A stretch of 64,000 nucleotides of DNA, taken from NCBI GenBank assembly GCA_037201505.1, contig JBBCHO010000005.1, positions 65,048 to 129,047 on the forward strand, read 5' to 3'. Made by a program: the position numbers and the translations under genes. Every line of letters starts with the position of its first letter. The stretch's first letter is position 1. This document shows positions 42,662-52,620 of the stretch, piece after piece. Under the pieces are notes generated by a model. That model was not told where the DNA came from. It did no database searches and was given only the letters and a program-made list of their open reading frames with translations. This stretch comes from Bradyrhizobium sp. (GTDB lineage Bacteria; Pseudomonadota; Alphaproteobacteria; Rhizobiales; Xanthobacteraceae).

Positions 42662-42677
42662 TTAAGAAAGGTGTAAC
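42662..42677 (+). promoter_or_regulatory. Near-consensus CtrA box
   Basis: TTAA-GAAAGGT-GTAAC (1 mismatch) in the divergent intergenic region. Confidence 0.5.
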
Positions 42678-42859
42678 CTTGGGTTGAGATGGCGAAATGA
42701 TTGGGGGAACCCGTGGCGAGCATTCTCACAAGGAAAACAGGCTCCGGATGATCTTAGCATATCGGCTACCTATGCCGGTTCGGCGGGCGAACTAACATGA
42801 CAATATGGCGTCTATATCAATCCGACACCAAGCCGGATGGCTAGTCGCGGGAGGCGACC

Positions 42860-45637
42860 GTGAACGCAGAAGATCGTAATATCTTTCTTTCGACCTTGCC
42901 GGCGACACGTCGCGAGCGTGCCGCGGCTCTGGCTGTGGTCGGCGTCTCCTCGGTTCTGTTCGCATTTGCCGTGCCATTTGCCGGGACACCGCTGACCCAG
43001 ATGCCCGCATTCGTTGCGAGCTATCAATCTGCCCTCGCAATCATCGATCTCATCACCGCCATCCTGCTATTTTCGCAGTTCGGCATCCTGCGGTCGCGCG
43101 CCCTTCTGCTGCTGGCGAGCGGCTACCTCTTCACGGCAGCCGTAGCAATCGCCCATGCCCTGAGCTTTCCGGGCCTGTTCGCCCCGACCGGGCTTTTTAA
43201 CGCCGGTTCGCAGACCACCGTCTGGCTCTATATGATCTGGCACGGCGGATTTCCGATCCTGGTATGTGGCTATGCGCTGCTCAAGGACAGGGATGGCGGC
43301 CCCAAGATAACCGGATCGGTCGGCTCAGCGATCCTGGGAAGTGTTGTGGCGGTCGGCGTTGCAGTTTCGATCGTGGTCTGGATCGTCACCAGCCGGCATG
43401 ACCTTCTGCCGACGCTGCTAAGTACCGGACAATACACTTTCACCATGAACGTCGTGGTTTCGTCGATCTGGTTTCTCAGCCTCGCGGCCCTGCTGCTGCT
43501 GTTGTTTCGGCGCCCCTATTCCGTGCTCGACATCTGGCTCATGGTGGTGATGTGCGCGTGGATGTTCGACATCGCACTATCGGCAATCGTCAACGTCGCC
43601 CGATTCGATCTGGGTTTTTATGCCGGACGTATTTACGGGCTGTGCGCGGCGATTTTCGTCCTGGCGGTGTTGCTGGTCGACAATGTCGGCCTGCAGGCCC
43701 AGATCACCCACCTGTTCGCGGTCCTGCGCCAGCGGGCCGCTTCCGACCGGCATCGCCACAGCGAGCGCGAGCGGCTGTTCAGCGCGGTCGTAGAATCATC
43801 CAAGGATGCGATCATCACCAAGACGCTTGATGGTGTCATTACCGGCTGGAATCGCGCCGCGGAGCGCCTGTTTGGATTCACCACCGCCGAGGCGGTCGGC
43901 AATCGCATCGACATCATCGTGCCGCCGGAGCGGCTCCCCGAAGTAGGCCAGATACTGGAGCGCATCGAGCGGGGCGAGACGATCGAAAATTACGAGACCG
44001 TGCGGCGGCACAAAGACGGCCATGAAGTTCATGTCTCGCTTGGCATTGCTCCGATCAGATCGGCCAGCGGAGAAACCATCGGCGCTTCCAAGACCGCGCG
44101 CGACATCACCGAGAGCAGAAAGACACAGCAGGCGCTTAGTCAGGAGATCGAGGAGCGACGGCGTATCTTCGAAACTTCGCAGGATCTCATTCTGGTCACA
44201 GACACCTATGGCCGCTTTGTTCAGGTCAGCCCGAGCTCCATGACCATCCTGGGCTATCAGCCCGAAGAGATGATCGGACACGTCGCGCTCGAATTCATTC
44301 ATCCCGAAGACCTCGACAGCACGCGTGAGGAGATGCGCGAAGCGCGGCAGGGCCGCCAGATGCGCAATTTCGAGACCCGCTATGTCCACAAGGACGGCAA
44401 GGCCGTGCAACTGACCTGGATGGGAAACTGGTCGGAGCCGGTGCGGCGGCACTTCTTCGTCGGCCGCGATCTCACGGAAAAGCGCGCGGCCGAAGCCCAG
44501 TTCCGGCAGGCGCAGAAAATGGAGGCCGTGGGCCAGTTGACCGGCGGCATCGCGCATGACTTCAACAACATCCTGACCGTGATCACCGGCACCATCGGCA
44601 TCCTGGGCGATGCCGTCACCGGCGATCCGCAGCTCGTCGCTATCGCGAGAATGATCGATGAGGCTGCCGAACGCGGCGCCAATTTGACCAAGCACCTGCT
44701 CGCCTTCGCGCGCCGCCAGCCGCTGCAGCCACGCGAGGTCGACGTCAACACGCTGATCCTCGAGACCGTGAAGCTGCTGCGCCCGACGCTCGGCGAACAT
44801 ATCCAGATCGACCCGCTGCTGGCGGAGGATGCTTCGGCGGCACTGGTCGATCCCAGCCAGCTCACGACATGTATTTTGAACCTTGCGCTGAATGCCCGTG
44901 ATGCGATGCCGAACGGCGGCAGTCTCGCGCTCGAGACCCGCAATGTGTATCTCGACGAAAGCTATGCGGCCCTGAACAGCGAAGTGGTGCCGGGAAACTA
45001 CGTCATGCTCGCCGTCAGCGACACCGGATCCGGTATCGCCGCTGCCGACCTGGAAAAAGTGTTCGATCCATTCTTCACCACCAAGGAAGTCGGCAAGGGC
45101 ACCGGCCTTGGTCTCAGCATGGTGTTCGGCTTCGTCAAGCAGTCCAACGGGCATATCAAGATCTACAGCGAGCAAGGCCACGGCACGACCGTGAAGATCT
45201 ACCTGCCTTGCGCCACCGGGCTGCATACGACGATGGCGGAGCCGCCGGCGCCTTCCGGCATTGAAGGCGGTACCGAGGTCGTGCTGGTCGTCGAGGACGA
45301 CGCGCTGGTGCGCCGATATGTGATTACCCAGATCGAAAGCCTTGGCTACACTACGCTCGAGGCCGGCAATGCCGCGGAAGCGATGGCCATCATCAACACG
45401 TCAGCCACCATCGATCTGTTGTTTACCGATGTGATCATGCCGGGCTCCATGAACGGGCGCCAGCTTGTCGACGAGGCGTTGAAGCATCGCCCCGCGCTCA
45501 AGACGCTGTTCACCTCAGGCTATACCGAGAATGCTATCGTGCATCATGGCCGCCTGGATTCCGGCGTGCTGCTGCTCGCCAAGCCGTATCGCAGGTCCGA
45601 TCTGGCGCGAATGATCCGGCAGGCGCTGGGCTGTTGA
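42860..45637 (+). CDS. Hybrid sensor kinase MASE4-PAS-PAS-HisKA-HATPase-REC
   Basis: MASE4 N-terminus, two PAS domains, QKMEAVGQLTGGIAHDFNN, FFTTK..GKGTGLGL, C-terminal receiver. Confidence 0.95.
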   Translation: MNAEDRNIFLSTLPATRRERAAALAVVGVSSVLFAFAVPFAGTPLTQMPAFVASYQSALAIIDLITAILLFSQFGILRSRALLLLASGYLFTAAVAIAHALSFPGLFAPTGLFNAGSQTTVWLYMIWHGGFPILVCGYALLKDRDGGPKITGSVGSAILGSVVAVGVAVSIVVWIVTSRHDLLPTLLSTGQYTFTMNVVVSSIWFLSLAALLLLLFRRPYSVLDIWLMVVMCAWMFDIALSAIVNVARFDLGFYAGRIYGLCAAIFVLAVLLVDNVGLQAQITHLFAVLRQRAASDRHRHSERERLFSAVVESSKDAIITKTLDGVITGWNRAAERLFGFTTAEAVGNRIDIIVPPERLPEVGQILERIERGETIENYETVRRHKDGHEVHVSLGIAPIRSASGETIGASKTARDITESRKTQQALSQEIEERRRIFETSQDLILVTDTYGRFVQVSPSSMTILGYQPEEMIGHVALEFIHPEDLDSTREEMREARQGRQMRNFETRYVHKDGKAVQLTWMGNWSEPVRRHFFVGRDLTEKRAAEAQFRQAQKMEAVGQLTGGIAHDFNNILTVITGTIGILGDAVTGDPQLVAIARMIDEAAERGANLTKHLLAFARRQPLQPREVDVNTLILETVKLLRPTLGEHIQIDPLLAEDASAALVDPSQLTTCILNLALNARDAMPNGGSLALETRNVYLDESYAALNSEVVPGNYVMLAVSDTGSGIAAADLEKVFDPFFTTKEVGKGTGLGLSMVFGFVKQSNGHIKIYSEQGHGTTVKIYLPCATGLHTTMAEPPAPSGIEGGTEVVLVVEDDALVRRYVITQIESLGYTTLEAGNAAEAMAIINTSATIDLLFTDVIMPGSMNGRQLVDEALKHRPALKTLFTSGYTENAIVHHGRLDSGVLLLAKPYRRSDLARMIRQALGC

Positions 45638-45728
45638 TGCACGGTTGGTCCGGGGCTGATATATCTTTCGATGAAAAACAAAGCCTGACGGGATCAAGGT
45701 TAGGCGAACCTGCGCGCGGACCTGCACC

Positions 45729-46724
45729 ATGAAAAATCTTCTCACCGACATTGCCGGCGTCCGCGTCGGGCACGCCGACGATGCCGCACTGGCGTCCGGT
45801 GTCACCGCGGTGATTTTCGATCGGCCTGCGGTGGCGGCGATCGACGTGCGCGGCGGCGGTCCCGGCACGCGCGAAGGCGCCCTGCTCGATGTCGCCAACA
45901 CCGTGGAGCGGATCGACGCCATCGCGCTGTCCGGCGGCTCCGCGTTCGGGCTGGAAGCCGGCGGCGGGGTGCAGGCCTGGCTCGCCGAACAGGGCCGCGG
46001 CTTTGTCGTGCGCGAAGCCGTGATCCCGATCGTGCCTGGCGCGATCTGTTTTGACCTGTTGAACGGCGGCAACAAGAAATGGGGCCGCTTCGCGCCCTAT
46101 CGCGATCTCGGCTACGCCGCGGCGGCCGCGGCGGCCGCGGATTTCGCGCTCGGCAATGCCGGTGCCGGGCTCGGCGCCACCACCGCTAATTTCAAGGGCG
46201 GGCTCGGCTCGGCGTCGGCGACCACGCAAGGCGGCGTCAGCGTCGCGGCCCTCGCGGTGGTCAATGCGATCGGCACCGTGACCGTCGGCGACGGACCGTG
46301 GTTCTGGGCCGCCCCATTCGAGATCGACGGCGAATTTGGCGGACGCGGATTGCCGGCATCCTTTACGCCGGACATGCTGCGCGCACGTCTCAAGGGCGGG
46401 CCCAGCGCGACGCCGGTTGAGAACACCACGCTGGCCGTGGTGGTGACCGATGCCGACCTGACCAAAACCCAGGCCAAGCGGCTTGCGATGATTGCGCAGA
46501 CCGGATTTGCCCGCGCGATCTATCCGGTGCACGCACCGCTCGACGGCGATGTGCTGTTTGCCGCGGCAACCGGCGAAAAGCCGATCGACCCCCTCGCCGG
46601 CCTCACCGAACTCGGCATGGTCGCAGCCAATGTCGTGGCCCGTGCGATCGCGCGCGGGATCTACACCGCGACCGCGCTGCCTTTTTCCGGCGCATTGCCG
46701 GCATGGAAAGATCGCTTTGGATAG
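45729..46724 (+). CDS. P1/DmpA (peptidase S58) family protein
   Basis: LTDIAGVRVGH, RGGGPGTRE, LSGGSAFGL, ENTT, H.PLDGD. Confidence 0.93.
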   Translation: MKNLLTDIAGVRVGHADDAALASGVTAVIFDRPAVAAIDVRGGGPGTREGALLDVANTVERIDAIALSGGSAFGLEAGGGVQAWLAEQGRGFVVREAVIPIVPGAICFDLLNGGNKKWGRFAPYRDLGYAAAAAAAADFALGNAGAGLGATTANFKGGLGSASATTQGGVSVAALAVVNAIGTVTVGDGPWFWAAPFEIDGEFGGRGLPASFTPDMLRARLKGGPSATPVENTTLAVVVTDADLTKTQAKRLAMIAQTGFARAIYPVHAPLDGDVLFAAATGEKPIDPLAGLTELGMVAANVVARAIARGIYTATALPFSGALPAWKDRFG

Positions 46725-46755
46725 AGATCGCTTACCGTCTCAGCCTGGCTCAGTC

Positions 46756-47532
46756 TCAGACGTTGAACGACAGCGGATTGAGCGAGAACGATGCGGAACT
46801 GGCCTCGCGCTGAATCATTTGCTCGATCGCATTGTAAGACGACGATGCCGCGCTGGGTGAAGTAGCTGACACGGCCGAGACCTGTGATCCCGTGCCCGAG
46901 GTGGATGATGTCGTAGTCGTGCTGCCGGTTGCAGACGCGACGGAAGCCGCCTGCATGGCCTGCAACAGCGGATCGGCGCTCGATCCGTCGGTGCTCGTAG
47001 TGCTGCTATCGCCGGAACCGCCGATATGGGCATGGTGATGATGGCCACCGCCCTTCAGCGCCGACGACATTTCGCTGAGGCTGACCGTACCGTCGCCATT
47101 GGTATCGAGCTTGTTGAAGACGTCGTCGGCCTGCGCGAGGTTGGTCCCGCCGGCGCCAAGCGCGTTTTCGAATTCCGATTTGGTGATCTGGCCATCGCCA
47201 TTACCATCGATCTGCGCGAACAGGTCCTGCAGCGCGCTGGACTGGCTGGTCGAGGCCGATGTGGTGGACGCTGAGGTCGTGGTTGCCGTCGATGACTGGC
47301 TTTGTGCCGCCAATAGCGCGCTGAAGGTGCCCGGCGATATCTGCGAAAATCCCGTGCTGCCCGAAGGCGCCGCCGAACCCGCCGACGCCTGAGCGCCGCC
47401 CGATAGACCGAACATATCGGCCGTCGCCTGGCTAAAGCCGGTAGATTGGGACGACGATGAGGTCGAGGCCGACGAGGTCAGCGACTGGATGGCGTCCAAT
47501 GCGGTCGACGCGGCGCCAAGGGCGAACAGCAT
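46756..47532 (-). CDS. Ser/Thr-rich protein with two EF-hands
   Basis: DGNGDGQITKSE and DTNGDGTVSLSE loops, GGGHHHHAH; CGGAG before ATG 47532. Confidence 0.88.
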   Translation of the reverse strand: MLFALGAASTALDAIQSLTSSASTSSSSQSTGFSQATADMFGLSGGAQASAGSAAPSGSTGFSQISPGTFSALLAAQSQSSTATTTSASTTSASTSQSSALQDLFAQIDGNGDGQITKSEFENALGAGGTNLAQADDVFNKLDTNGDGTVSLSEMSSALKGGGHHHHAHIGGSGDSSTTSTDGSSADPLLQAMQAASVASATGSTTTTSSTSGTGSQVSAVSATSPSAASSSYNAIEQMIQREASSASFSLNPLSFNV

Positions 47533-47792
47533 GGCAAAAACTCCGAACAATGCCGCAAAGCGCGGCCCACACCTCTCAGAAAATCTGAGATGAGCAAACG
47601 CCGTGCCATTACCGAAAGGCCAATAAAACTGGGGTTTTCTGCAGCCGGAACCGCCCCCTTCCCCCGGCAATTGATGCCGCTGCGGCAGAATTTTCCGACC
47701 TCCCTGCGCCCTCGCCCGCGCATTGCTCCCAGCCTTAGCGCATGTTACCCGAAACCATTCGCACGCTTCGAAAGTGGTTCGGGAAAGCGCAC

Positions 47793-48494
47793 ATGTCTCA
47801 GCAATTTGCGGCACGCCCCCTCGTCATCGCTCCGTCGATCCTGGCTTCCGATTTCGCCAGATTGGGTGAAGAGGTGCGCGCCGTCGATGCGGCCGGCGCC
47901 GACTGGATCCATCTCGACGTGATGGACGGGCATTTCGTCCCCAACATTTCCTATGGTCCTGACGTCATCAAGGCGATGCGCCCGCATACGAAGAAGATCT
48001 TCGACGCGCATCTGATGATTTCGCCGTGCGATCCGTATCTGGAAGCTTTCGCCAAGGCCGGCTGCGATCACATCACGGTTCACGCCGAAGCCGGTCCGCA
48101 TTTGCATCGCTCCTTGCAGGCGATCCGCGCGCTCGGCAAGAAGGCCGGCGTTTCGCTCAATCCGGCGACGCCGATCTCGGTGCTCGAATATGTCATCGAC
48201 ATGATCGATCTGGTGCTGGTGATGTCGGTCAATCCCGGCTTCGGCGGGCAGGCCTTCATTCGCTCGGCGCTCGGCAAGGTCAGCGATGTCAGGGCGATGA
48301 CGGCGGGACGCCCGATCGATATCGAAGTCGATGGCGGCGTCGGCCCGGATGTCTCGGGCGCGCTGGCAGCTGCCGGCGCCAATGCCTTTGTCGCGGGCTC
48401 CGCCGTGTTTAAGGGCGACACGATGGAAAGCTACAAGGCCAATATTTCGGCGATCCGCAATGCCGCGGCCAACGCGCGCGGCGAAATGGTCTAG
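47793..48494 (+). CDS. rpe: Ribulose-phosphate 3-epimerase
   Basis: [32 protein letters not shown]. Confidence 0.97.
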   Translation: MSQQFAARPLVIAPSILASDFARLGEEVRAVDAAGADWIHLDVMDGHFVPNISYGPDVIKAMRPHTKKIFDAHLMISPCDPYLEAFAKAGCDHITVHAEAGPHLHRSLQAIRALGKKAGVSLNPATPISVLEYVIDMIDLVLVMSVNPGFGGQAFIRSALGKVSDVRAMTAGRPIDIEVDGGVGPDVSGALAAAGANAFVAGSAVFKGDTMESYKANISAIRNAAANARGEMV

Positions 48495-49087
48495 CCCTTA
48501 CGCGGTGCTTCCAGACCTCTAAGCAACAACGCTAGTAAGGCGTCGATTCGCGTCGACAATTCCGGATCGCTCCATTCGTTGGAATGGGCGGGATGGTGGA
48601 AGCGGATCGAGGCGTCGTAAACCGCGCGCGCCGAGGTCCTGACATCCGCGACTTCAAAGGCGCCCTGCTTGACGCCATCGGAGATGATGGAGGCGATCTG
48701 GTCGGCCAAGCCTTCCTTGTGGGCCTTTACGACCTTGCACGCTTCTTGTGCCAGCGTGAGATAGGTCGCAAACATCTCGGGATCTTCGTTGAATCTGCTT
48801 TGCTTGGCGGTGAACAGCGCGCGCAGCCAGCGTTCCAGTTTTGCCGGCGCCGGCGCGTCGGCTCGTGCAATCTTTTCCAGCGGCGCGCTGGCGCGGTCGA
48901 GCCAGCGTTTCGCCACCGCCTCGCGCAACGAAGCCTTGCTTGGAAAATGACGGTAGACGCTGCCGTGGCTGACATCGAGCGCGCGAGCGACATCGACTAC
49001 GGTGGCTTTCGCCAGCCCGTAGCGGCGCAGCACGTCCTCGGTCACCTCAAGAATTCGCTCAGGCGTTAAAACCAGGATCTCGTTCAT
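48491..49087 (-). CDS. TetR family transcriptional regulator
   Basis: [26 protein letters not shown]. Confidence 0.95.
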   Translation of the reverse strand: MNEILVLTPERILEVTEDVLRRYGLAKATVVDVARALDVSHGSVYRHFPSKASLREAVAKRWLDRASAPLEKIARADAPAPAKLERWLRALFTAKQSRFNEDPEMFATYLTLAQEACKVVKAHKEGLADQIASIISDGVKQGAFEVADVRTSARAVYDASIRFHHPAHSNEWSDPELSTRIDALLALLLRGLEAPRKG

Positions 49088-49266
49088 GCGCGCACCGTCG
49101 CTTTCTTGCTGTCGTGCATTCCCATCCGTGCCGGAGCATCATTGCCAGGCAATAGGGCCGTAAACGTCAAAAATCCTCTTGCAGCTCAAATCGATATCGC
49201 AGATCAGCAGCCCATCTGCGCCGAGCTTTCGCAAAGCAAACGGATGGGCTGTCACTGTCGTTCCTT

Positions 49267-49368
49267 TTAGCGGGTCAACCTTTCGGCCTGCGCGGCCAAG
49301 TGACGAGCTACGCGCTGGTTGACCCAGCGCTGGAGTTGGGTGGTCAGGTAAAAGAGTTCGATAGCCAT
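49267..49368 (-). CDS. Unannotated 33-aa small protein
   Basis: MAIELFYLTTQLQRWVNQRVARHLAAQAERLTR*, AGAGGA RBS, upstream promoter, downstream hairpin at 49208-49251. Confidence 0.6.
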   Translation of the reverse strand: MAIELFYLTTQLQRWVNQRVARHLAAQAERLTR

Positions 49369-49449
49369 GGCAAAGTCCTCTGAAAATCCCCAGCTCGCGG
49401 TCTATCGGCAGCGCACCAGGAGACGCCTTCCTACCGGCGCCGGACTTGT

Positions 49450-49488
49450 ATATAGCGTATCTCGCTGACAGATTTCAATATCTGTCAG
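49450..49488 (-). promoter_or_regulatory. Sigma70-type promoter overlapped by a palindromic operator
   Basis: TTGAAA-N17-CTATAT (49478-49450); CTGACAGAT-N6-ATCTGTCAG (49465-49488). Confidence 0.7.
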
Positions 49489-49619
49489 TCAATATCTTGT
49501 GAGAAATAGCGGCTAAATGGCCAAAAGAGGTATCTCCGCACCTAATTAGGCCGACGTTTGTCTCACCGGAGCGGCTCTGCTAAAGTGCGGCTTAACCTCA
49601 GAAAACCCCAGAGTCGTCG

Positions 49620-50927
49620 ATGATATCCCGCTACACCCGCCCGGAAATGGCCGCCATCTGGGAGGCCCAGACGCGCTTCAAGATCTGGTTCGAAATCGAG
49701 GCGCATGCGGCGGATGCGCTGGCCGAATTGGGCACCATCCCGAAAGAGGCCGCGAAAGCGGTATGGACCAAGGCGCGGGATGTCATTTTCGATGTGGCGC
49801 GGATCGACGAGATCGAGCGCGAAACCAAGCACGACGTCATCGCCTTCCTGACCCATCTGGCGGAAATCGTCGGCCCCGAAGCGCGCTTCGTGCACCAGGG
49901 CATGACCTCCTCCGACGTGCTCGACACCTGCCTTAATGTGCAACTGACCCGCGCGGCGGACCTGTTGATCGGGGATGTCGACCGGGTGCTGGCGGCGCTG
50001 AAGAAGCGCGCCTTCGAGCACAAGATGACGCCGACCATCGGCCGCTCCCACGGCATTCATGCCGAACCCGTCACGTTCGGATTGAAGCTAGCTTACGCCT
50101 ATGCCGAATTCACCCGCGCCCGCGAGCGGCTGGTGATCGCGCGCAAGGAAGTCGCGACCTGCGCAATCTCGGGCGCCGTCGGCACTTTTGCGCAGATCGA
50201 TCCGCGCGTGGAAGAACACGTCGCCAAGGCCATGGGCCTGACACCCGAGCCGATCTCGACGCAAGTGATTCCGCGCGACCGTCATGCGATGTATTTCGCC
50301 ACGCTCGGGGTGATCGCCTCCTCCGTCGAACGCCTCGCCACCGAGATCCGGCACATGCAGCGCACCGAGGTGCTGGAAGCCGAGGAATTTTTCTCCGAGG
50401 GCCAGAAAGGCTCCTCGGCGATGCCGCACAAGCGCAACCCGGTGCTGTCGGAGAATCTCACCGGTCTCGCGCGCATGGTCCGCGCCTATGTGACGCCGGC
50501 GATGGAGAATGTCGTGCTGTGGCATGAGCGCGATATCTCGCACTCCTCGGCCGAGCGCATGATCGCGCCGGACGCCACCGTGACGCTGGACTTCGCGCTC
50601 AATCGCCTGGCCGGCCTGATCGACAAGCTGCTGGTCTATCCGGCGAACATGCAGAAGAATCTCGACCGCCTCGGCGGCCTCATCCATTCACAGCGATTGC
50701 TGATTGCGCTGACGCAAAAGGGCTGCAGCCGCGAGGACGCCTACAGGCTCGTGCAACGCAACGCGATGCCGGTGTGGCGCGGCGAAGGCGACTTCGAGAC
50801 GCTGCTGAAAAAAGACGCCGATGTGAAGAAATATCTGACCGATGCCGAGATATCCGAGCAGTTCGACCTCGGCTATCACTTCAAGCACGTCGATACGATC
50901 TTCAAGCGCGTGTTCGGTGAAAGCTGA
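49620..50927 (+). CDS. purB: Adenylosuccinate lyase
   Basis: MISRY, TKHDVIAF, GRSHGIHAEP, GSSAMPHKRNP, WHERDISHSS. Confidence 0.97.
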   Translation: MISRYTRPEMAAIWEAQTRFKIWFEIEAHAADALAELGTIPKEAAKAVWTKARDVIFDVARIDEIERETKHDVIAFLTHLAEIVGPEARFVHQGMTSSDVLDTCLNVQLTRAADLLIGDVDRVLAALKKRAFEHKMTPTIGRSHGIHAEPVTFGLKLAYAYAEFTRARERLVIARKEVATCAISGAVGTFAQIDPRVEEHVAKAMGLTPEPISTQVIPRDRHAMYFATLGVIASSVERLATEIRHMQRTEVLEAEEFFSEGQKGSSAMPHKRNPVLSENLTGLARMVRAYVTPAMENVVLWHERDISHSSAERMIAPDATVTLDFALNRLAGLIDKLLVYPANMQKNLDRLGGLIHSQRLLIALTQKGCSREDAYRLVQRNAMPVWRGEGDFETLLKKDADVKKYLTDAEISEQFDLGYHFKHVDTIFKRVFGES

Positions 50928-50955
50928 ACGGCGAATTGTCGCTCAGATGCAGCGA

Positions 50956-51507
50956 TTAGCCCGGCGCACCATCCACCATACGCGCCGTCACGCGATCGCG
51001 CTTGATGAAGTGATGCCATGCCGCGGCGGCGATATGGATCACGATCAGCGCCAGCAGCACATAGGCAATATATATGTGCCAGTCTTCATAGAAGCCCGCC
51101 GCGGCCTTGTCCGGTGACGTGAACTGCGGCACCTTGAACAGACCGAAGAAGCTGGAATAATTCGGATCACGCGCGCCGGAATGCGCCCACCCCAGTATCG
51201 CGACCACGATCGTGACGCCGTAGAGCGCCCAATGGCTGACGCTCGCCGCCACCCGTTGCAAAGATGACGTCTCCGACGGCAAGGCCGGCGTCGGATTAAC
51301 GCCTCGCCAGATCAGGCGCAGCACCATCAAGAGCAGGATCAGGTAACCGATATCGGCGTGGATCGAGCGATAGAAGAAGCGATCCGGCCGCGCCGGGATA
51401 TGATTCATCCACCAGCCATACGCCAGCATGCCGATGATCGCGATGCCCAGAATCCAGTGAAACCATCGCGCCACGCTGCCCCAGCTCGCCGTTGTATTTC
51501 GAATCAT
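50956..51507 (-). CDS. Cytochrome b561 family protein
   Basis: Four His in TM helices (FHW, IHAD.G, WH, IH.AAA.WHH), RD...RM. Confidence 0.9.
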   Translation of the reverse strand: MIRNTTASWGSVARWFHWILGIAIIGMLAYGWWMNHIPARPDRFFYRSIHADIGYLILLLMVLRLIWRGVNPTPALPSETSSLQRVAASVSHWALYGVTIVVAILGWAHSGARDPNYSSFFGLFKVPQFTSPDKAAAGFYEDWHIYIAYVLLALIVIHIAAAAWHHFIKRDRVTARMVDGAPG

Positions 51508-51680
51508 GTCTGCGCTGCCTTTTAGGGTTCATGCGTGAAGGCTTCTTGGTAGCGCTCCCTTAAAACCCGTGCCAATTGAATTATTCCAAATCGCGGCACC
51601 CGGTACCCTATTGACGCCGCCCAGCCTTGCTGATGCGCAAAAACAGTGAACAGTAAACCCGGATCAGCTAGGATCGCGGT

Positions 51681-52472
51681 GTGCCAGCACCTGCGACGAT
51701 TCTCGTTATCGATTCCGGCCTCGGCGGCCTCACGGTCCTGCGCGAAATCGTTCCGACGCGGCCGGACGCGCATTATATCTATGTCGCCGACGACATATTC
51801 TTTCCCTATGGGCACCATAGCGAGGACGAGATCATCGCACGGGTGGTGCCCCTGGTCGGCGAATTGATCGCCGCGCACAGGCCCGATCTCGTGGTGATCG
51901 CCTGTAACACAATGTCGGTTTCGGTGATGGGGCCGCTGCGCGCGGCCTATCGCGTGCCGTTCGTCGGCACCGTGCCGGCCATCAAGCCGGCATGTGCAGC
52001 ATCGAAGACCAAGCGCGTGTCGGTGCTCGGCACCAGGGCCACCGTCAAGCGCGAATACACCCAGGCCCTGATCCGGGATCATGGCCAGGGCTGTGAAGTA
52101 ACCTTGGTGGGTTCAGGCGAACTCGCCTCATTGGCGGAAGCGGCGCTCAGCGGCGTCGAGGTCAGTGATCAGTCGATATTCGCCGAACTCGCTCCGTGCT
52201 TTGTCGGCGAGAAGGACGAAGCCCGCACCGATACCGTCGTACTGGCCTGCACTCATTATCCGCTGCTGATGGATCGGCTGATCAGGCTCGCGCCATGGCC
52301 GGTGGACTGGATCGACCCTGCGCCCGCGATCGCGCGGCGCGTTGCGGATTTGATGAAGCCTGCTGACGGCGCAACCGACGAGGCCGGCGCTGAAATGATT
52401 TTCACATCAGGCCGGCCGCATGCGTTGAGCCAGGCGTTGATGCCGTTTTTCGGCGGCCGTATTCCCGCGTGA
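51681..52472 (+). CDS. murI: Glutamate racemase
   Basis: DSGLGGLTV, FPYG, IACNT, PAIKPA, LACTHYP. Confidence 0.96.
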   Translation: MPAPATILVIDSGLGGLTVLREIVPTRPDAHYIYVADDIFFPYGHHSEDEIIARVVPLVGELIAAHRPDLVVIACNTMSVSVMGPLRAAYRVPFVGTVPAIKPACAASKTKRVSVLGTRATVKREYTQALIRDHGQGCEVTLVGSGELASLAEAALSGVEVSDQSIFAELAPCFVGEKDEARTDTVVLACTHYPLLMDRLIRLAPWPVDWIDPAPAIARRVADLMKPADGATDEAGAEMIFTSGRPHALSQALMPFFGGRIPA

Positions 52473-52620
52473 ATCAGGATTAATTTTTTCTCTATTTTTT
52501 CCCCGGAGAAAAAAGCCCGGCGCGTTCACGGTTTATTGAGGTTGACGGTTTACCTTGTTCGCGACGTGTGGACTGCGCAGAAGCGCAGAGTGTTTTTACA
52601 GTAAGTAAAGGATTGCGTAT

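Noticed and set aside
43796-45226. 476-aa minus-strand ORF
   Set aside because: Antisense shadow of the hybrid kinase.
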